DNA of 55,115 nt from contig BLSG01000365.1 of the NCBI GenBank assembly GCA_012862495.1, positions 1 to 55,115 of the forward strand, in the 5' to 3' direction. A program made the position numbers and the translations under genes. The stretch's first letter is position 1. The number at the start of each line of letters is the position of its first letter. Shown piece after piece: positions 32,497 to 45,400 of the stretch. Source of the DNA: Thraustochytrium aureum (taxonomy: Eukaryota). The notes beneath the pieces were generated by a model. The model was given only the letters and a program-made list of their open reading frames with translations. It ran no database searches and was not told where the DNA came from.

Positions 32497-34638
32497 TCAG
32501 GACGAATAGGCACCTGCTGGAACGACACTTGCAGCATGCGGCTCGGGAACGCGGCCAACCTTCCGCTTCCCGCCACCAACACGAGCTCCGTTCGAATCGC
32601 TGTCATCCTCGGCGCCAGCCTTGATCTCATCTTCGCTTCCTTTACTGCCGCTGGACAGGTCGTCGGTCTTCACCCCCGAAAACATCGACGTTCCCATGGA
32701 AGAGCTGCCGGAGGAATTCTTCCCGGCGCTCGCCCTCGGGACTGGCGCGCTGTCGCTGCTCTTCGAGCCCCCGTCGTCGTCCTCCTCTGACGCGATGATG
32801 AGCTGACCAGCGGCGGCCCCAGTCTTGCCCAACTCTGCCAGCCGGTCGAGGCGGCTGTCCTCCTCTGTAGGGATGAAATTCTCGCGCGCTTTGTGCGCAC
32901 TCTCCGCAGCCCGCAGCTCGTCAATGCGCGCGTTGATGGCGGCCAGCTCGCGCTCCACCCGTGAGAGCTGGCCCTTGATTCGCTTACGACGGGCGACGAT
33001 CTCCACTCTCAGCTGGTCCTTGGGCGATTTCGAGAGCTCGGAGTCAACCACGTCCAACTCGGCGACGAGCTTGGCCAGATGCCGGCGCTTCACGGACCGC
33101 TCCGCCTTGGCAGCGCGCGTGTTTTGAACGGCTTTGTGGAGGGCCTTCGAGTACGGGTCGCTGTGTCGCTGGCGCCGCTTGATGATGCCAGCTGCAGTGG
33201 TGGAAGGCCCGAAAGAGTTGCTGGCGCGGTCGGCAGCGAGGACCACCGGCGGAGCGGGGCTGACAGCGGGAGCAAGGCCAGGGCCTTGCACTGGCGCGGC
33301 GGCCTGGGCGCGACTCGGGCCATTGCCCTGGCGCCCAGGAAACAAGGGCACCTGAACTGCTGCGGTCGCTTGCAAAACGTTGCGCTGTTGGAGGTCGCGC
33401 CCGTTCGTTGAGGCGACTCCCGCATCAGGCTCGAGGGCAATCCCTTGCACTTGCGCGGAGAACGGCGCTGACGAAAGTAATGCCGAACTCCCCTTGAACA
33501 AACCGGCAGCGCTCGTGAAAGGGCTGGCCTGCGCGTTGTCCAGGACGACCGTTTTGGGCGCCAGCGAGAACGCCGCCGAGGGCATTGCCGGAAGAGGAAG
33601 CGACGACGAGGCGCCGCTTGGCTGCGCGCCGAAAAACTGCCCGTTGGCACGTTTTTGCAGCGGAGGCGTCGTCGGCTTTGTCGGCACCCCAATCTGGTGC
33701 TGGTTCTGCGGAAGTAAAGACGAAACGCTGTTCATCGTTGGCGCGCCAGCGGCAGGCCTGTTGGCCTGGTTCGCGGGAAACTGAAACCCATTCTGGCTCA
33801 GAACAAATTGGGGCTGTTGCTGTTGCATCTGCTGTTGCATCTGCTGCTGCATCAAAATGCCGGGAAAACCCTGCTGCGAGGTCGTGAGCTGCTGCTGGTG
33901 GTTATGCTGAAGAGGGGCCGTCAGAGTATAGCCAGACGAGACGCTTCCGCTGCTGCTGCTGGTGTCTCGGATGTTGGCCTGTTGTGCGGAGGGTTGATGT
34001 TGAGCCAGAGACTGCTGGTTTTGCATCAGCTGCGCCAGGCCATGGATCTGCTGCTGCGCCTGCTGGGGCTGGGGTTGTCCTTGCACAACAAAGCCCTGTG
34101 AGGGGACGAATTGGCCAGGCTGGTCACGATGCAGGAGAATAGGCTGCTGCTGCTGCTGTTGTTGTTGCTGCTGCTGCTGGTAGTTGATCTGCTGCCCGAA
34201 CGCAAGCTGGGTGACGCCTGCGGCAGGCGCCATTGCCATCGGGACGAGCCCACCATGCAAACCAGGGACTTGCGGCCCCGCAGCAAGCACGGGTATCTCA
34301 CCGTGCCCGGCAAACGCAGAATTCGATATCTCCTGCAGGATAACGTTACCATTTGGGCCAGTCCCAACGGGGACGAGGATGCGACCGGCCCCGCCGAACT
34401 GTGCAAAAATGTTGTTGTTGTTGCGCGGGTTCAGTGGGCAAGTGTGGTGCGTGATGCGAAGATGGTCGCTGGAGCCGCATCGGCACGTCGCGTTTTCATC
34501 GCGCGGCCGCTTTCGACGGACGGCGCGGCGGTCTTCGTCTTCGGCCTCTGCTTCCTGCAGACACGCTGCATTGGCACCGCCGGATTCGGAGGGCGACCAC
34601 CCGCTGCTGTTGCGGTCGGAGTTGTTGCTGCTGTCCAT
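32497..34638 (-). CDS. Gln-rich hypothetical protein with N-terminal C2HC zinc-knuckle-like motif and C-terminal coiled coil
   Basis: More than 700 open codons; basic RRKRPR, CRCGSSDHLRITHHTCPLNP, poly-Q tracts and a heptad-rich segment. Confidence 0.75.
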   Translation of the reverse strand: MDSSNNSDRNSSGWSPSESGGANAACLQEAEAEDEDRRAVRRKRPRDENATCRCGSSDHLRITHHTCPLNPRNNNNIFAQFGGAGRILVPVGTGPNGNVILQEISNSAFAGHGEIPVLAAGPQVPGLHGGLVPMAMAPAAGVTQLAFGQQINYQQQQQQQQQQQQPILLHRDQPGQFVPSQGFVVQGQPQPQQAQQQIHGLAQLMQNQQSLAQHQPSAQQANIRDTSSSSGSVSSGYTLTAPLQHNHQQQLTTSQQGFPGILMQQQMQQQMQQQQPQFVLSQNGFQFPANQANRPAAGAPTMNSVSSLLPQNQHQIGVPTKPTTPPLQKRANGQFFGAQPSGASSSLPLPAMPSAAFSLAPKTVVLDNAQASPFTSAAGLFKGSSALLSSAPFSAQVQGIALEPDAGVASTNGRDLQQRNVLQATAAVQVPLFPGRQGNGPSRAQAAAPVQGPGLAPAVSPAPPVVLAADRASNSFGPSTTAAGIIKRRQRHSDPYSKALHKAVQNTRAAKAERSVKRRHLAKLVAELDVVDSELSKSPKDQLRVEIVARRKRIKGQLSRVERELAAINARIDELRAAESAHKARENFIPTEEDSRLDRLAELGKTGAAAGQLIIASEEDDDGGSKSSDSAPVPRASAGKNSSGSSSMGTSMFSGVKTDDLSSGSKGSEDEIKAGAEDDSDSNGARVGGGKRKVGRVPEPHAASVVPAGAYSS

Positions 34639-37297
34639 GGCGATGATAATTTCGTTGACTTTCCTCTCCTTGGGTCCTCTTGGACGCTGATGGATTGGTT
34701 GGGATTGTCGTGCGTGGTGAAGAAGATGCTGGCCTCTTCTTCGCCGGGTTGTATTTCGTGCTTGGTCTCGAGTGGGCTGTGCAAGTCCAGCACACAGGCC
34801 ACCGAGAGTCGTCGAGTCACAACCCAACGCCGTATCTCGCCCCACCCTGTCTCGTCACCCACGAGCCTCCCTGGGGTCCTTTTACCGCTTCTCCGGCCCG
34901 TGCTGAGGGCCAGCAGGGCTAGGCGCCCCTGCGCCTGTCTGTCTTCCTGCCTTCGCGCAGCTAGCTCTTCGAGCGGCGAGCGCCTCTGCGCCTTCGGGTG
35001 CGCGGCAGAGCTGCTCGTCGTGCAGCTGGCACACCGACGGGCTGGGGCCTTGCTGTAGGCGCTGCTGCTGTAGGCGCTGCTCGGCCGTCGTTCGTGCGCG
35101 ATGCGTGCTTCGGGTCGTTGCGAGTCTGCTCTCTCCTGCGGTCTCCTGCGGCTCTCCTCCTCCTCCTCTCCACTGGAGCTCTCCACTGTGTGGAATCCCA
35201 ATGAGAGGCGGCGCTGCCTCCTCACAAGCCGACCCACACAACGCGCCAATGTGAGGAGACCTCGTGAGAGGCGCGCCGCTGCCGAGAGGGCGCCAGAGCG
35301 GGCGTCCTGCCGCTGTGAGGGCCGGTACAGCAGAGGGGCGTTCACGTAACAGGTACGGGCCCTGAGGAGCGGCGAGCTCGCCTCCTCGCGCCGCTGGAGG
35401 CCGGCTGCTGCCAGCGCCTCTCAAACGAACGAGCTGCAGCGCTCAAGAGCCCTTGAGACAGCGTTTTGCGGTGCGGTTTGGGGCTCACAGCCTGCCCCTC
35501 CCGCTGGTGTTGGTTGGGAGGGGCGGAGGGGAAAAAGCAAACCGCCACCTGCCGCGCCATGGGCCGCTGTGAGGGCCTGCTTTGATCGAGAACAAGTACC
35601 CCCCTCCCAGACGTGCGGGAGGACGACGGGTTCTCGTGGCCCTCCCAAGCGCCAAGTGAGCCAGCCAGCCGGCCAGCCGGCCGGCCGGCCAGCGATTTGG
35701 TTTTTCTTTTCTCGCCGCTGCGCTCCGAGTGGCCCTGATGAGAGCGAGGAGGTCCTTTGGAGGTAGAGTAGCGTAGCGTACTGAGCGTCTGCTTACCTAT
35801 CCTTTTGGACAGCGTCGCGAGGCTCTGCCAAACGCGGACGCGGTCAACACGACCTCGGCGATGCTCTCGCTGCGACTCTGCGATGCTCTGCTCACTGCCT
35901 TCTTACTGTAGAGTGCTCTGCTCAGTACTGTACCTACCTACTCTATCGGAGTAGTACTTTCCTGCATTAGGCCTGCCCTGCATTCGGTAGGCCGCCCGCG
36001 CGGCTTGCTTCACGCATCTCTTCTTTCGCCGCGGCTGCAGGTGTAGCTCCTGGAGCTAGCTCGTATCGCAGCGCAAGGGAATGTGGAACCCGATACCAGG
36101 GCCTGCTCAACGGCGCGGTGTTCGTGCTGGATGCCGGCCCCGAGCCGGGCGAGCGAAGGCGCCGTGTTCGCTTGCGAAAACTCGCCACCGACTCGCGCTG
36201 CCGTCGCTTCGGGCGAACGGATGGATAAACAGGCAGCGGCGTGCGGGGCAGGCAGCGATTCTCGGTGTGGAGCTCTGGCGAGCCCTAGTCTTGAATCTTT
36301 GTCGCTGGCACGGATTGTCGGTGTGCTGGGGAAGGATACAAGATTCGCCCTTCGGCTCACAGGTTGTCAGTAGCAATATTTCCGTCTCTTGCTCCGGTCC
36401 AGTCGCCCCTGGCGGATCGCCGGGGGAATGATGAGCACCACCAGGGACCTGCCAGCGCGGTGGAGTGGCTCCGGGTCCCGGGCTTTCGCGAGGAGGCGCC
36501 TGCAAACGCTACGTTTTTATTGTTTTTGTTGCGACAAGTTGATTTTTTTTTAAAAACGCGGAATTCGCCTTTTCCACGGTGCGCCTTTTATAAACGCGGA
36601 ATTCGCGTTTTCTGCTGTGCGCCCTGGCCTTGTGACGCGATGTAAAGCTTCAAACAGCTGCCACCAACCAGTTCGGAAGTGCGTTTTTTGTGAGGAGGGA
36701 AATGGAGGCGGTGAACTTATTGACGCTCTATTTCCAACGCGGGTTCCACTGTGGAACAATTGCGCCCTCCACAGAGCCTCGTCACGGTCAAAGTTAGTTT
36801 TCGAGGCGAGCAAGGCCGGGCCAGGAGACAACATTGTTGGTAGGCGCGGTGGCCCGACCCTCCAGGTTTCTCCTTGTCGTTGCTTCCACAGTTCACGCAA
36901 TCCTTGGTTCACGCCTCTAGGAATTGTACTTGCTGCGCGCCCCGAAAGTGGTTGTACTTCATTGCTTTGCTTTGCCGAGCGAGACGTGGTGCGTGTCGTT
37001 GCTCGCCTGCGCGCGCTCCGTTGTTGAAGGGCTGCGAGGGTCCGTCGGATCCACCCCAGTCCTCTGACACGCTGGACCCTCCCAACCAAGCTGCGCGGCC
37101 GCCAAGCCCTTCTTGCTGCAAATGTAGCAGAGATTTGTAAATGTTATAACTTTGGTGGGAACGGGTGAAACCTAACCCTTCGCTCGACAGCGAGGCGCAG
37201 ACGGACACTACGTCTCTGCCAGTGGTAATAGTACCTACGGTGAACGAGCGCTTCGCATGCCGCGCGCCTTGCCACTCGGCGATCAAGTTAGATGAAG

Positions 37298-37352
37298 CGA
37301 GAAGATCGACGACCGCGAGAAGATCGACGACCGCGAGAAGACGCGAGAAGAC
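37298..37352. repeat. 17-bp tandem repeat CGAGAAGATCGACGACC(G), about 2.5 copies
   Basis: Directly visible. Confidence 0.8.
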
Positions 37353-37957
37353 GCACGCCCTCCTCTCGGGCACCTGACTCGTGCTGACTGACACCCCCGC
37401 TCACCGGCCAATGCTTGGCACATGTTTCTTGGAAGGGTGCGGCGATCGCAGCACTACGTTTCAGCCCACGCAGCAGTTGCTTCATCAGGGGCGGTGATGG
37501 CCAGTCCCGGGACACGCCGCCCGCTTGCTGGCCAACACCTCGGAGGTGCACCACCCAACCTCGGAGTTTCCACAGTGGCGTAACTGTGAGAAGAGGGCCC
37601 TGAAGCTTTGCAGATCATAACTACACAGTGGATCGAGGAAAGAGGCAAGAGGGTAACGCAGAATCCACGAGCAACGAGCTCTTCTGCCGCGCGCACAGCC
37701 TAACCTACCTCGCTCCCAGACCTAACCCAATCGTGTGTTCCCAGCGCCCGAGCCGCTCCAGTCCATCCGCCCGCCTGCCCGCCCACTCCGCGAGCCCGCC
37801 AGCGATCTCCATCAAGCGACCTCCCCGCCGGCCGGACCGCCAACGCTTCGACCTGTCGGTGGCGCCAGGGCCCCTGAGCTCCGCATCTGCTGCAGCAACT
37901 CGCTCGCTCACCAGGTGGATTCGGTGGTCGTCGGAGCGCTCGACCCACCCGCGCGCA

Positions 37958-38307
37958 ATGGTCGAGGAGTCGAGGGACGCGACGCAGGCGAGCGCCGCGG
38001 AAAACGGCAGGCTCTGCTGGGGGCTGCGCTCGCCGCCGCCTGTGATCCGCCCAAGGACGCCGCGCAGGCCGACTCTACTGCGGAGCAAGCCGTCGACGCC
38101 AAGCCCGAAGAGACCACCGAGGAGCTCACCGAAGAAGAGCGCGCGCGCCGCGCAGCGCGCAGGAAGAGGAAAAACAAACCAAAAGGCGAAGAAGAAGGCC
38201 GGCGCTGCCTCTGCCGAGGGCTCCGCCGCGGACACCGCTGCCACCTCCGCCCCCTCCGCCACAGTCGCCGCCGCCTCGTTACCGCCGGTTGCGGAGGACT
38301 CGGGCAT
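37958..38307 (+). CDS. Hypothetical protein 5' fragment (apparent frameshifts; truncated by N gap)
   Basis: Protein-like segments in two frames (MVEESRDATQ.. / EETTEELTEEERARRAARRKRKNK / AKKKAGAASAEG) switch at A-runs. Confidence 0.45.
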
Positions 38308-39449
38308 NNNNNNNNNNNNNNNNNNNNNNNNNNNNNNNNNNNNNNNNNNNNNNNNNNNNNNNNNNNNNNNNNNNNNNNNNNNNNNNNNNNNNNNNNNNNN
38401 NNNNNNNNNNNNNNNNNNNNNNNNNNNNNNNNNNNNNNNNNNNNNNNNNNNNNNNNNNNNNNNNNNNNNNNNNNNNNNNNNNNNNNNNNNNNNNNNNNNN
38501 NNNNNNNNNNNNNNNNNNNNNNNNNNNNNNNNNNNNNNNNNNNNNNNNNNNNNNNNNNNNNNNNNNNNNNNNNNNNNNNNNNNNNNNNNNNNNNNNNNNN
38601 NNNNNNNNNNNNNNNNNNNNNNNNNNNNNNNNNNNNNNNNNNNNNNNNNNNNNNNNNNNNNNNNNNNNNNNNNNNNNNNNNNNNNNNNNNNNNNNNNNNN
38701 NNNNNNNNNNNNNNNNNNNNNNNNNNNNNNNNNNNNNNNNNNNNNNNNNNNNNNNNNNNNNNNNNNNNNNNNNNNNNNNNNNNNNNNNNNNNNNNNNNNN
38801 NNNNNNNNNNNNNNNNNNNNNNNNNNNNNNNNNNNNNNNNNNNNNNNNNNNNNNNNNNNNNNNNNNNNNNNNNNNNNNNNNNNNNNNNNNNNNNNNNNNN
38901 NNNNNNNNNNNNNNNNNNNNNNNNNNNNNNNNNNNNNNNNNNNNNNNNNNNNNNNNNNNNNNNNNNNNNNNNNNNNNNNNNNNNNNNNNNNNNNNNNNNN
39001 NNNNNNNNNNNNNNNNNNNNNNNNNNNNNNNNNNNNNNNNNNNNNNNNNNNNNNNNNNNNNNNNNNNNNNNNNNNNNNNNNNNNNNNNNNNNNNNNNNNN
39101 NNNNNNNNNNNNNNNNNNNNNNNNNNNNNNNNNNNNNNNNNNNNNNNNNNNNNNNNNNNNNNNNNNNNNNNNNNNNNNNNNNNNNNNNNNNNNNNNNNNN
39201 NNNNNNNNNNNNNNNNNNNNNNNNNNNNNNNNNNNNNNNNNNNNNNNNNNNNNNNNNNNNNNNNNNNNNNNNNNNNNNNNNNNNNNNNNNNNNNNNNNNN
39301 NNNNAGACCCGCAACGCGGGCAGGGGACCCATCGGGAGCCTGGCGAGTGCGCAGGGCGGGGGCGGGCGTCCGGCTGCACGACCGCGAAGACCGCGCGAGG
39401 GCGCGACGGGTTGGGTTGGAAGGGAAAGGATCGGGTTGTGCTGCGTGCG

Positions 39450-42400
39450 ATGGCGGACGACGGCTGGGGGGAGCTGCAAGGCAGCCTGGACGAGCTCCCG
39501 GGACCGCCTAGCGGCGACGCGCAAGGGACCCTGAACGAGCTCCCGGGACCGCCTAGCGGCGGGACTGCGCAAAATGCTCTGCAATCGCCGCGCGAGGAGC
39601 TGCTGAAGCAGCCAGCTGCCGTTGAAGCGTTTCACATGGAAAGCGCCTTCCCTGCCAACTCCGCAGCGTTAGACGACGGATGGCCAGAGTCCAACGAGGA
39701 CGACCTCGATGCGATGATGGGTGGGGGCTCGCCCTCAGACGCGCAAGCTCTCGGTTGGCAGACTGCGCAAGAACCGCAACAGCTGCCTAACGGCTGGCCT
39801 CCCACGCCCGGGGGAGGCACTGCCGAGGTTTTCCTTGCTCCCAGCGCCTCGGCCTCTCCCGTCGACAGAAGCTCTCATACGGAGGCGTATACAGACGGCG
39901 AAAGCCAGCCTGCAACGTTGTCCCCTGCCGATGCAATGTATCACATGGAAGGAACGTCACCTCCGGAAGTGCCAACCGAAAGCTGGAATGGTGGTTCTCA
40001 AGCGTATTCAAACGATGACGGGACTCTAGAGGCAGTCGACGCCGCGCCGAACGGTGAGTCTTGGAAGCAAAATCAGAATAGCAGCCCACATGCTGATTCA
40101 CCTTCAGCAGCGAGTGCCGGTTTCCACCAGCCGACGGGAAGTTTTCCAGCTGGAGAAACCTCACCACCGCCAAGCGATTCGTGGAACGAGCCCCAGGGAA
40201 ATCCTTCTCCAGCACAAACCGGCTTTTCCGTCGACGAACATGTGCCACCACAAGGGGCTCCATGGCACGATCCCAGCCACGAGGCACCATCGTCGCAGGC
40301 GATGGACGACTGGCCGCAGCCAGAGTCTAACGTTGCAGCCTTCGATTGTGCGCCGCCAACAGACTCGTGGCAGCAGAGCCAGGACGGCAGCCACGCAGCG
40401 CAATCGCCGCAGCCAGCATCTTCCCCGCCACCAACAGACTCGTGGCAGCAGAGCCAGAACGGCAGCCACGCAGCGCAATCGCCGCAGCCGAGCGACAACT
40501 GGCCGCAGCCAGCGTCTCCGCAGCCACCAACAGACTCGTGGCAGCAGAGCCAGGACGGCAGCCACCCAGCGCAATCGCCGCAGCCGAGCAACAACTGGCC
40601 GCAGCCAGCANNNNNNNNNNNNNNNNNNNNNNNNNNNNNNNNNNNNNNNNNNNNNNNNNNNNNNNNNNNNNNNNNNNNNNNNNNNNNNNNNNNNNNNNNN
40701 NNNNNNNNNNNNNNNNNNNNNNNNNNNNNNNNNNNNNNNNNNNNNNNNNNNNNNNNNNNNNNNNNNNNNNNNNNNNNNNNNNNNNNNNNNNNNNNNNNNN
40801 NNNNNNNNNNNNNNNNNNNNNNNNNNNNNNNNNNNNNNNNNNNNNNNNNNNNNNNNNNNNNNNNNNNNNNNNNNNNNNNNNNNNNNNNNNNNNNNNNNNN
40901 NNNNNNNNNNNNNNNNNNNNNNNNNNNNNNNNNNNNNNNNNNNNNNNNNNNNNNNNNNNNNNNNNNNNNNNNNNNNNNNNNNNNNNNNNNNNNNNNNNNN
41001 NNNNNNNNNNNNNNNNNNNNNNNNNNNNGCAGCAGGCCAGACGGCAGCCACTCAGCGCAATCGCCGCAGCCGAGCGACAACTGGCCGCAGCCAGCATTCC
41101 CCGCCCAACAGACTCGTGGCAGCAGAGCCAGGACGGCAGCCAATCGCCTCAGCCGAGCGACGACTGGCCGGAGCCAGCGTCGACCTCCCACTCAGCTGGG
41201 GTATCACAAAACGCATGGCAGGTGAGCGCGAGCTCTAGCACACATGCCACAAGCCAAATCGCTGGAACAAGTGCGCAGTCGCCGCCGCCTGAAGACGGCT
41301 GGCAACAGGCGGTTCAGGAGACTCCCAGCATGCATTCCATGCCAAGCGCAGGGTCGCCGCAAGAAGCAAACTTTGGCGGCTGGGAATCCGAAATCGCAGA
41401 GTCGGCACATCGAGACACGTGGCCTACCGGAGCCACGGCGGCCAGTGCAGCATTTGACTCCGCTCCGAGCCATGCACTCAGCGCAGGAGGAACAGAGGAC
41501 CCAGACACACAGTCGGTCGAATCTATCATGGGCACGAAAGACAGTCTTGCCCCTCAAATGGGCTCAGATGACGACTCGATTCTCGCAGACCCCAATGAGA
41601 TCGGGCCCGATGCGCCTGATGGAGACTCACAAAGCGTCGACGCACCCCCGCCAGGGTCCACGTGGTCAACAGCCTCTGTGGGTGGCAGGAGTGAGGCCAC
41701 AATCACGACAAGCTTTGCAGACCTTGAAACACGGTCAGTATTTTCGAATACAGGAACCAAAGACAGCACCACTTCGCGCCGAGGCTCAGAGTCAGGCTCG
41801 CTGGCCGGTGAGCCGACCGAGGCAGCACCCACCGTGTTTGACAGTGTCCGTGGCGGGGATGAACACGCGCCGGAATTGGCCCTCCGAGCAACATCCCCCG
41901 ACGACGAACTGGAGAGCACCCCCCCGGACGCGCCAGACAACATCGAGGGCGAAGCGCCAGACGCATCCGGCCTCTTCGGGGTCCGTCTCACCGGTGGAGC
42001 AGTTGCAACCTGAGCTCACCTCGCCCCTCGCGACCAGCGCGCAGGAGGAAACGTTCCAGGCTTCTCCTCCCTCTTCGTGGGCGCAGCCCGCCGCTGACGG
42101 GGGCGAAGAAGCTCCGTTCGCGCAGAGCCCAGCTGACGAGCACCGAGATGAGCGGCGCGACGAGGGCTCCATGGGCCACGGTGAGCAGACTGCGCCTTGG
42201 GGCAGCAACCAGTTGCTGGATCATGCAACGCAGCTCGCCTCTGACAGCCAAATAGAGGCGTCGGGACTTGACGAGCACTGGGCGCGTGGTCAGGAAGGCC
42301 AAGAGCAGCAGGCGTCATCGCCCACGGGCCAGGACATTCGACAAGATGCCTATCAAGCCAGCGGGGACGACTTTCCGCCTCCTGATGCAGACTCGTATCT

Positions 42401-45400
42401 GGGGCAGCCCCAACAGAGTGCGACGCAAAGTTTTCCCAGACCCGATAGCTTGTCCTCGTCATCACCAACGAGTGAGGAATCAGAAGTCGGGCGCTCTGGG
42501 CGCTCGCAGCAGCTTCGGGTCCCCACTGTCGACACAGTCCAAGACAGCGCTTCTGGGGGCACCGACCAATTCAAAACTACAGGATTCGTTGGATCTTCAA
42601 CGCCTCCGCCCCCTTCCTCCACGTGGAGCCCAGCCGGCGAGGGCGATCAGTGGATTCCGTCCTCGTCAGCCGGAAACTCGCCGAGAGGGCCTCCAGGCCC
42701 ACTCTCATTGGCTGTCAGGGGCGCAGCCCATCCGGGCTCACTCGCCCCGGCGCAACAAGAAGGGCAACGGTCTCCGCAGTCGCCGGTGGTATCTTCGAGC
42801 TCCGTACTGTTTGCACAAAGCCCGACTGGCTCGGCAGGCGAGTCCGATGGTCTCAAGGGCATCGACTCACCGACGCCGGCGATGTCTTCTGCGCTCTTCG
42901 GAACTCCGACCCCGACCCCGCGGGACGGTGGAGGCATGGAAGGGTTCGCGGCCCCCCGCGAACCCCGCCGCCTTCAGACGACTTGTTTGGCGGGAACTCT
43001 GTTGGGAAAACCGATCCTTTTGACCTGCCTGCGGCCATGCAAGACACGCCGAGTGCTCCGGGGGCTCCTTCGTCAGCGGCCGATCTCTTTGCCTCGAGCC
43101 CAACGGCGGCTGGCGGTCACACCGACGCGTTCTCTTCGCTGCCGCCGCTTCAGCAGGCAGGGGGTTCTGTGTTTGACTCGTTTGGTGTTCGTCCTGCCCA
43201 ACCGCAACAGCCGCAGCCGCAGCAACCGTTTGGACAAATCCCGCAGCCTGCCCAGCACCAACAATTGCACCAGCAATACCAGCAGCCAGAGGGACACGGT
43301 CCCCCGTTCGTCCCTGGCAGCGGCCATGGACTCACTGGCGCGGTTGCGTCCGAGGCGCAGATCTACGACCACGGGCCCCAACCCACGCAGTTTGATTTCG
43401 ACGCGAGTGGCAGTCGCCAACGCCACGGATCCATCGGTTCGTTCGCATCAAATGCGTCATACCAGAGCAACTACAACCAGTTCCCGACGCCGCAATACAA
43501 CCCGCCCCAACACCCAATGGTTGGCCAACACTTTGGCCCGACCGACTCGGGCGCCCCTGTCGCAGCCAGCGAAGAGGAGATCAGCTTCGAATTTGGCATT
43601 AGCGGAATTCCCGAGCAGGGCGCCGACGGGGTTCACGGGCAGTCGATGGACTCGCAGCACTTTACTAGCCAGCAAGGGTACACCAGCTCCGGGTGGCAAG
43701 AGCAGGCAAGCCCGGTCGAAGCGGGTGAGCTCAGCGTTGGTCTCAGCTTCGGAAACACAGACGCGGCCGCAGAAGAAGGAGGGCCGAGCAACTACGCCGC
43801 TGGATACGGTCCGCAGTCGCCGCGTTCCAAGGCACTGCTGCCGGAATCGTCCATCCCGGGGCAGCACCTCGTCAACCGGATCGTTCGACTTGCAGCGTGT
43901 TGCAGTGCCGAGCAACCCCGTATTCGGCCTTGGCAACATCCAGCGTGGGGACGGTCGCCCGGCGCACGCACTTGTCTCGTGGGGGTTTGGCGGTCGTCTG
44001 GTGGTAATGTTGCCTCGACCCCGCAGGCGGCTCGGGGGCTTTTCTACCACACTCGGCGAGTCTGGCCCGGACCCGGACACGAGTGGGGCCGTGTTGAATG
44101 AGCCATCCAAGAGCCTGCGTCAAGGCAATATTCGGGTGCTCAACGCCAGGGACCTATGCAAGGAGGCAGCGCACGATGTCACAAAATTCCCCGGCCCGCT
44201 CGTGTCGCCAGCACCAGAGTCCAAGCGCTCCGAGGAGCGAGAGGTCGTGGAGTTTTTAGATGCTGAGATTCGCAATGCAACGGACCCAACCGCTGGGTTT
44301 GCCTGCCGCGTGCTCTGGCAGGCTGTCGCGCTTCTCTTGAAGGGCACGGGAGACCTGCAGCGCGCCGATGTGCTTCGCGAGCTCCTTGAGGTTCTAACGA
44401 GCCAGGAGGAGCGCGCCAGCGCCGATCCCGGCGACGAGACTCTCGATAGCAGCGTGGCTGACGACCAAGCCTCGCAAGAAGCCTTCCTTCGCGCTGCGGG
44501 CAGTTCGCTTTCGCCCGAGGCCCTGCGCACAGCTATGTCGGACATCGAGACCCTGCTCCTCGCCGGCGACCGCGAGGGCGCCGTGGTGCGCGCGGTGGAG
44601 AGCGAGTTGTGGGCGCAGGCGCTCGTGATCAGCAATTTCGTCAGCGTCGCAGCCTATCGCCGCGTCGTTGAACGGTTTGTCAATGCGACCATGCCTTGCG
44701 ACAGCAACTCACGCACCTTGTTCTGCCTCTTCGCTGGACTGGGTGAGAAATCTCTCCAAGGCGCCGCCGCTCCATCCACGCTTGGTGGCGCTCCTCGTGT
44801 CGGGGCCGAGGCGGATGCGCCTGTGCTGTGTGTGGGGGAAGAGGCCGCGGAGAGCGCGCCGTCGCCTCTTGACGAACAAGCCGCATCCTACGTGCGTTCG
44901 TCATGGAAGCGTACTCTTGCTGCGATTTTGGCCAACCGTACCCCAGGGGACACTGACGTGCTGACTGCGTTGGGCGACAAGCTTTGGAATGAGGCTGGGT
45001 CAGTGCATGCGGCCCACGTCTGCTTTCTGGCGGCTGGCGTCCCGCTTAACTCAACAAGCGGATCCCGCATTGTCCTTTTGGGTGGGGACCACAAGTCGTT
45101 CGCCTCGCATAAAGATTTCGTCACCCCAAGTACGATCCAGCGCACCGAGCTGTACGTGCACGCCCAGGAGCTGCGGAACCCTTACTACCGCCTAGACGCT
45201 TTCCAGCCCTACCGGCTCGTTTATGCAATGTGGCTTGCAGACGTTGGCGCGGTGAAGCAAGCCTACGATTGGGTGCGCTCCATCCAAGAGGTCGTTAAGG
45301 CGCGCTCACCGTCGCGTCGGGGAAGCCCGAGGCGCTCCGGGCCGTTTCCTCAGGCTTTTCAAAAGCAGCTCAAGATCTTTGCCGATCGGCTCATGACGAG

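Noticed and set aside
35735..35785. CTGATGAG resembling a hammerhead ribozyme core or box C
   Set aside because: No stem II followed by GAAA, and no convincing flanking helices or C/D terminal stem.
37168..37728. Scattered CCTAAC(C) telomere-like hexamers
   Set aside because: Isolated copies with no tandem array.
40352..41178. Regularly spaced repeats resembling a CRISPR array
   Set aside because: No unique spacers, units are in-frame coding sequence within SEC16, the context is eukaryotic and there are no cas genes.
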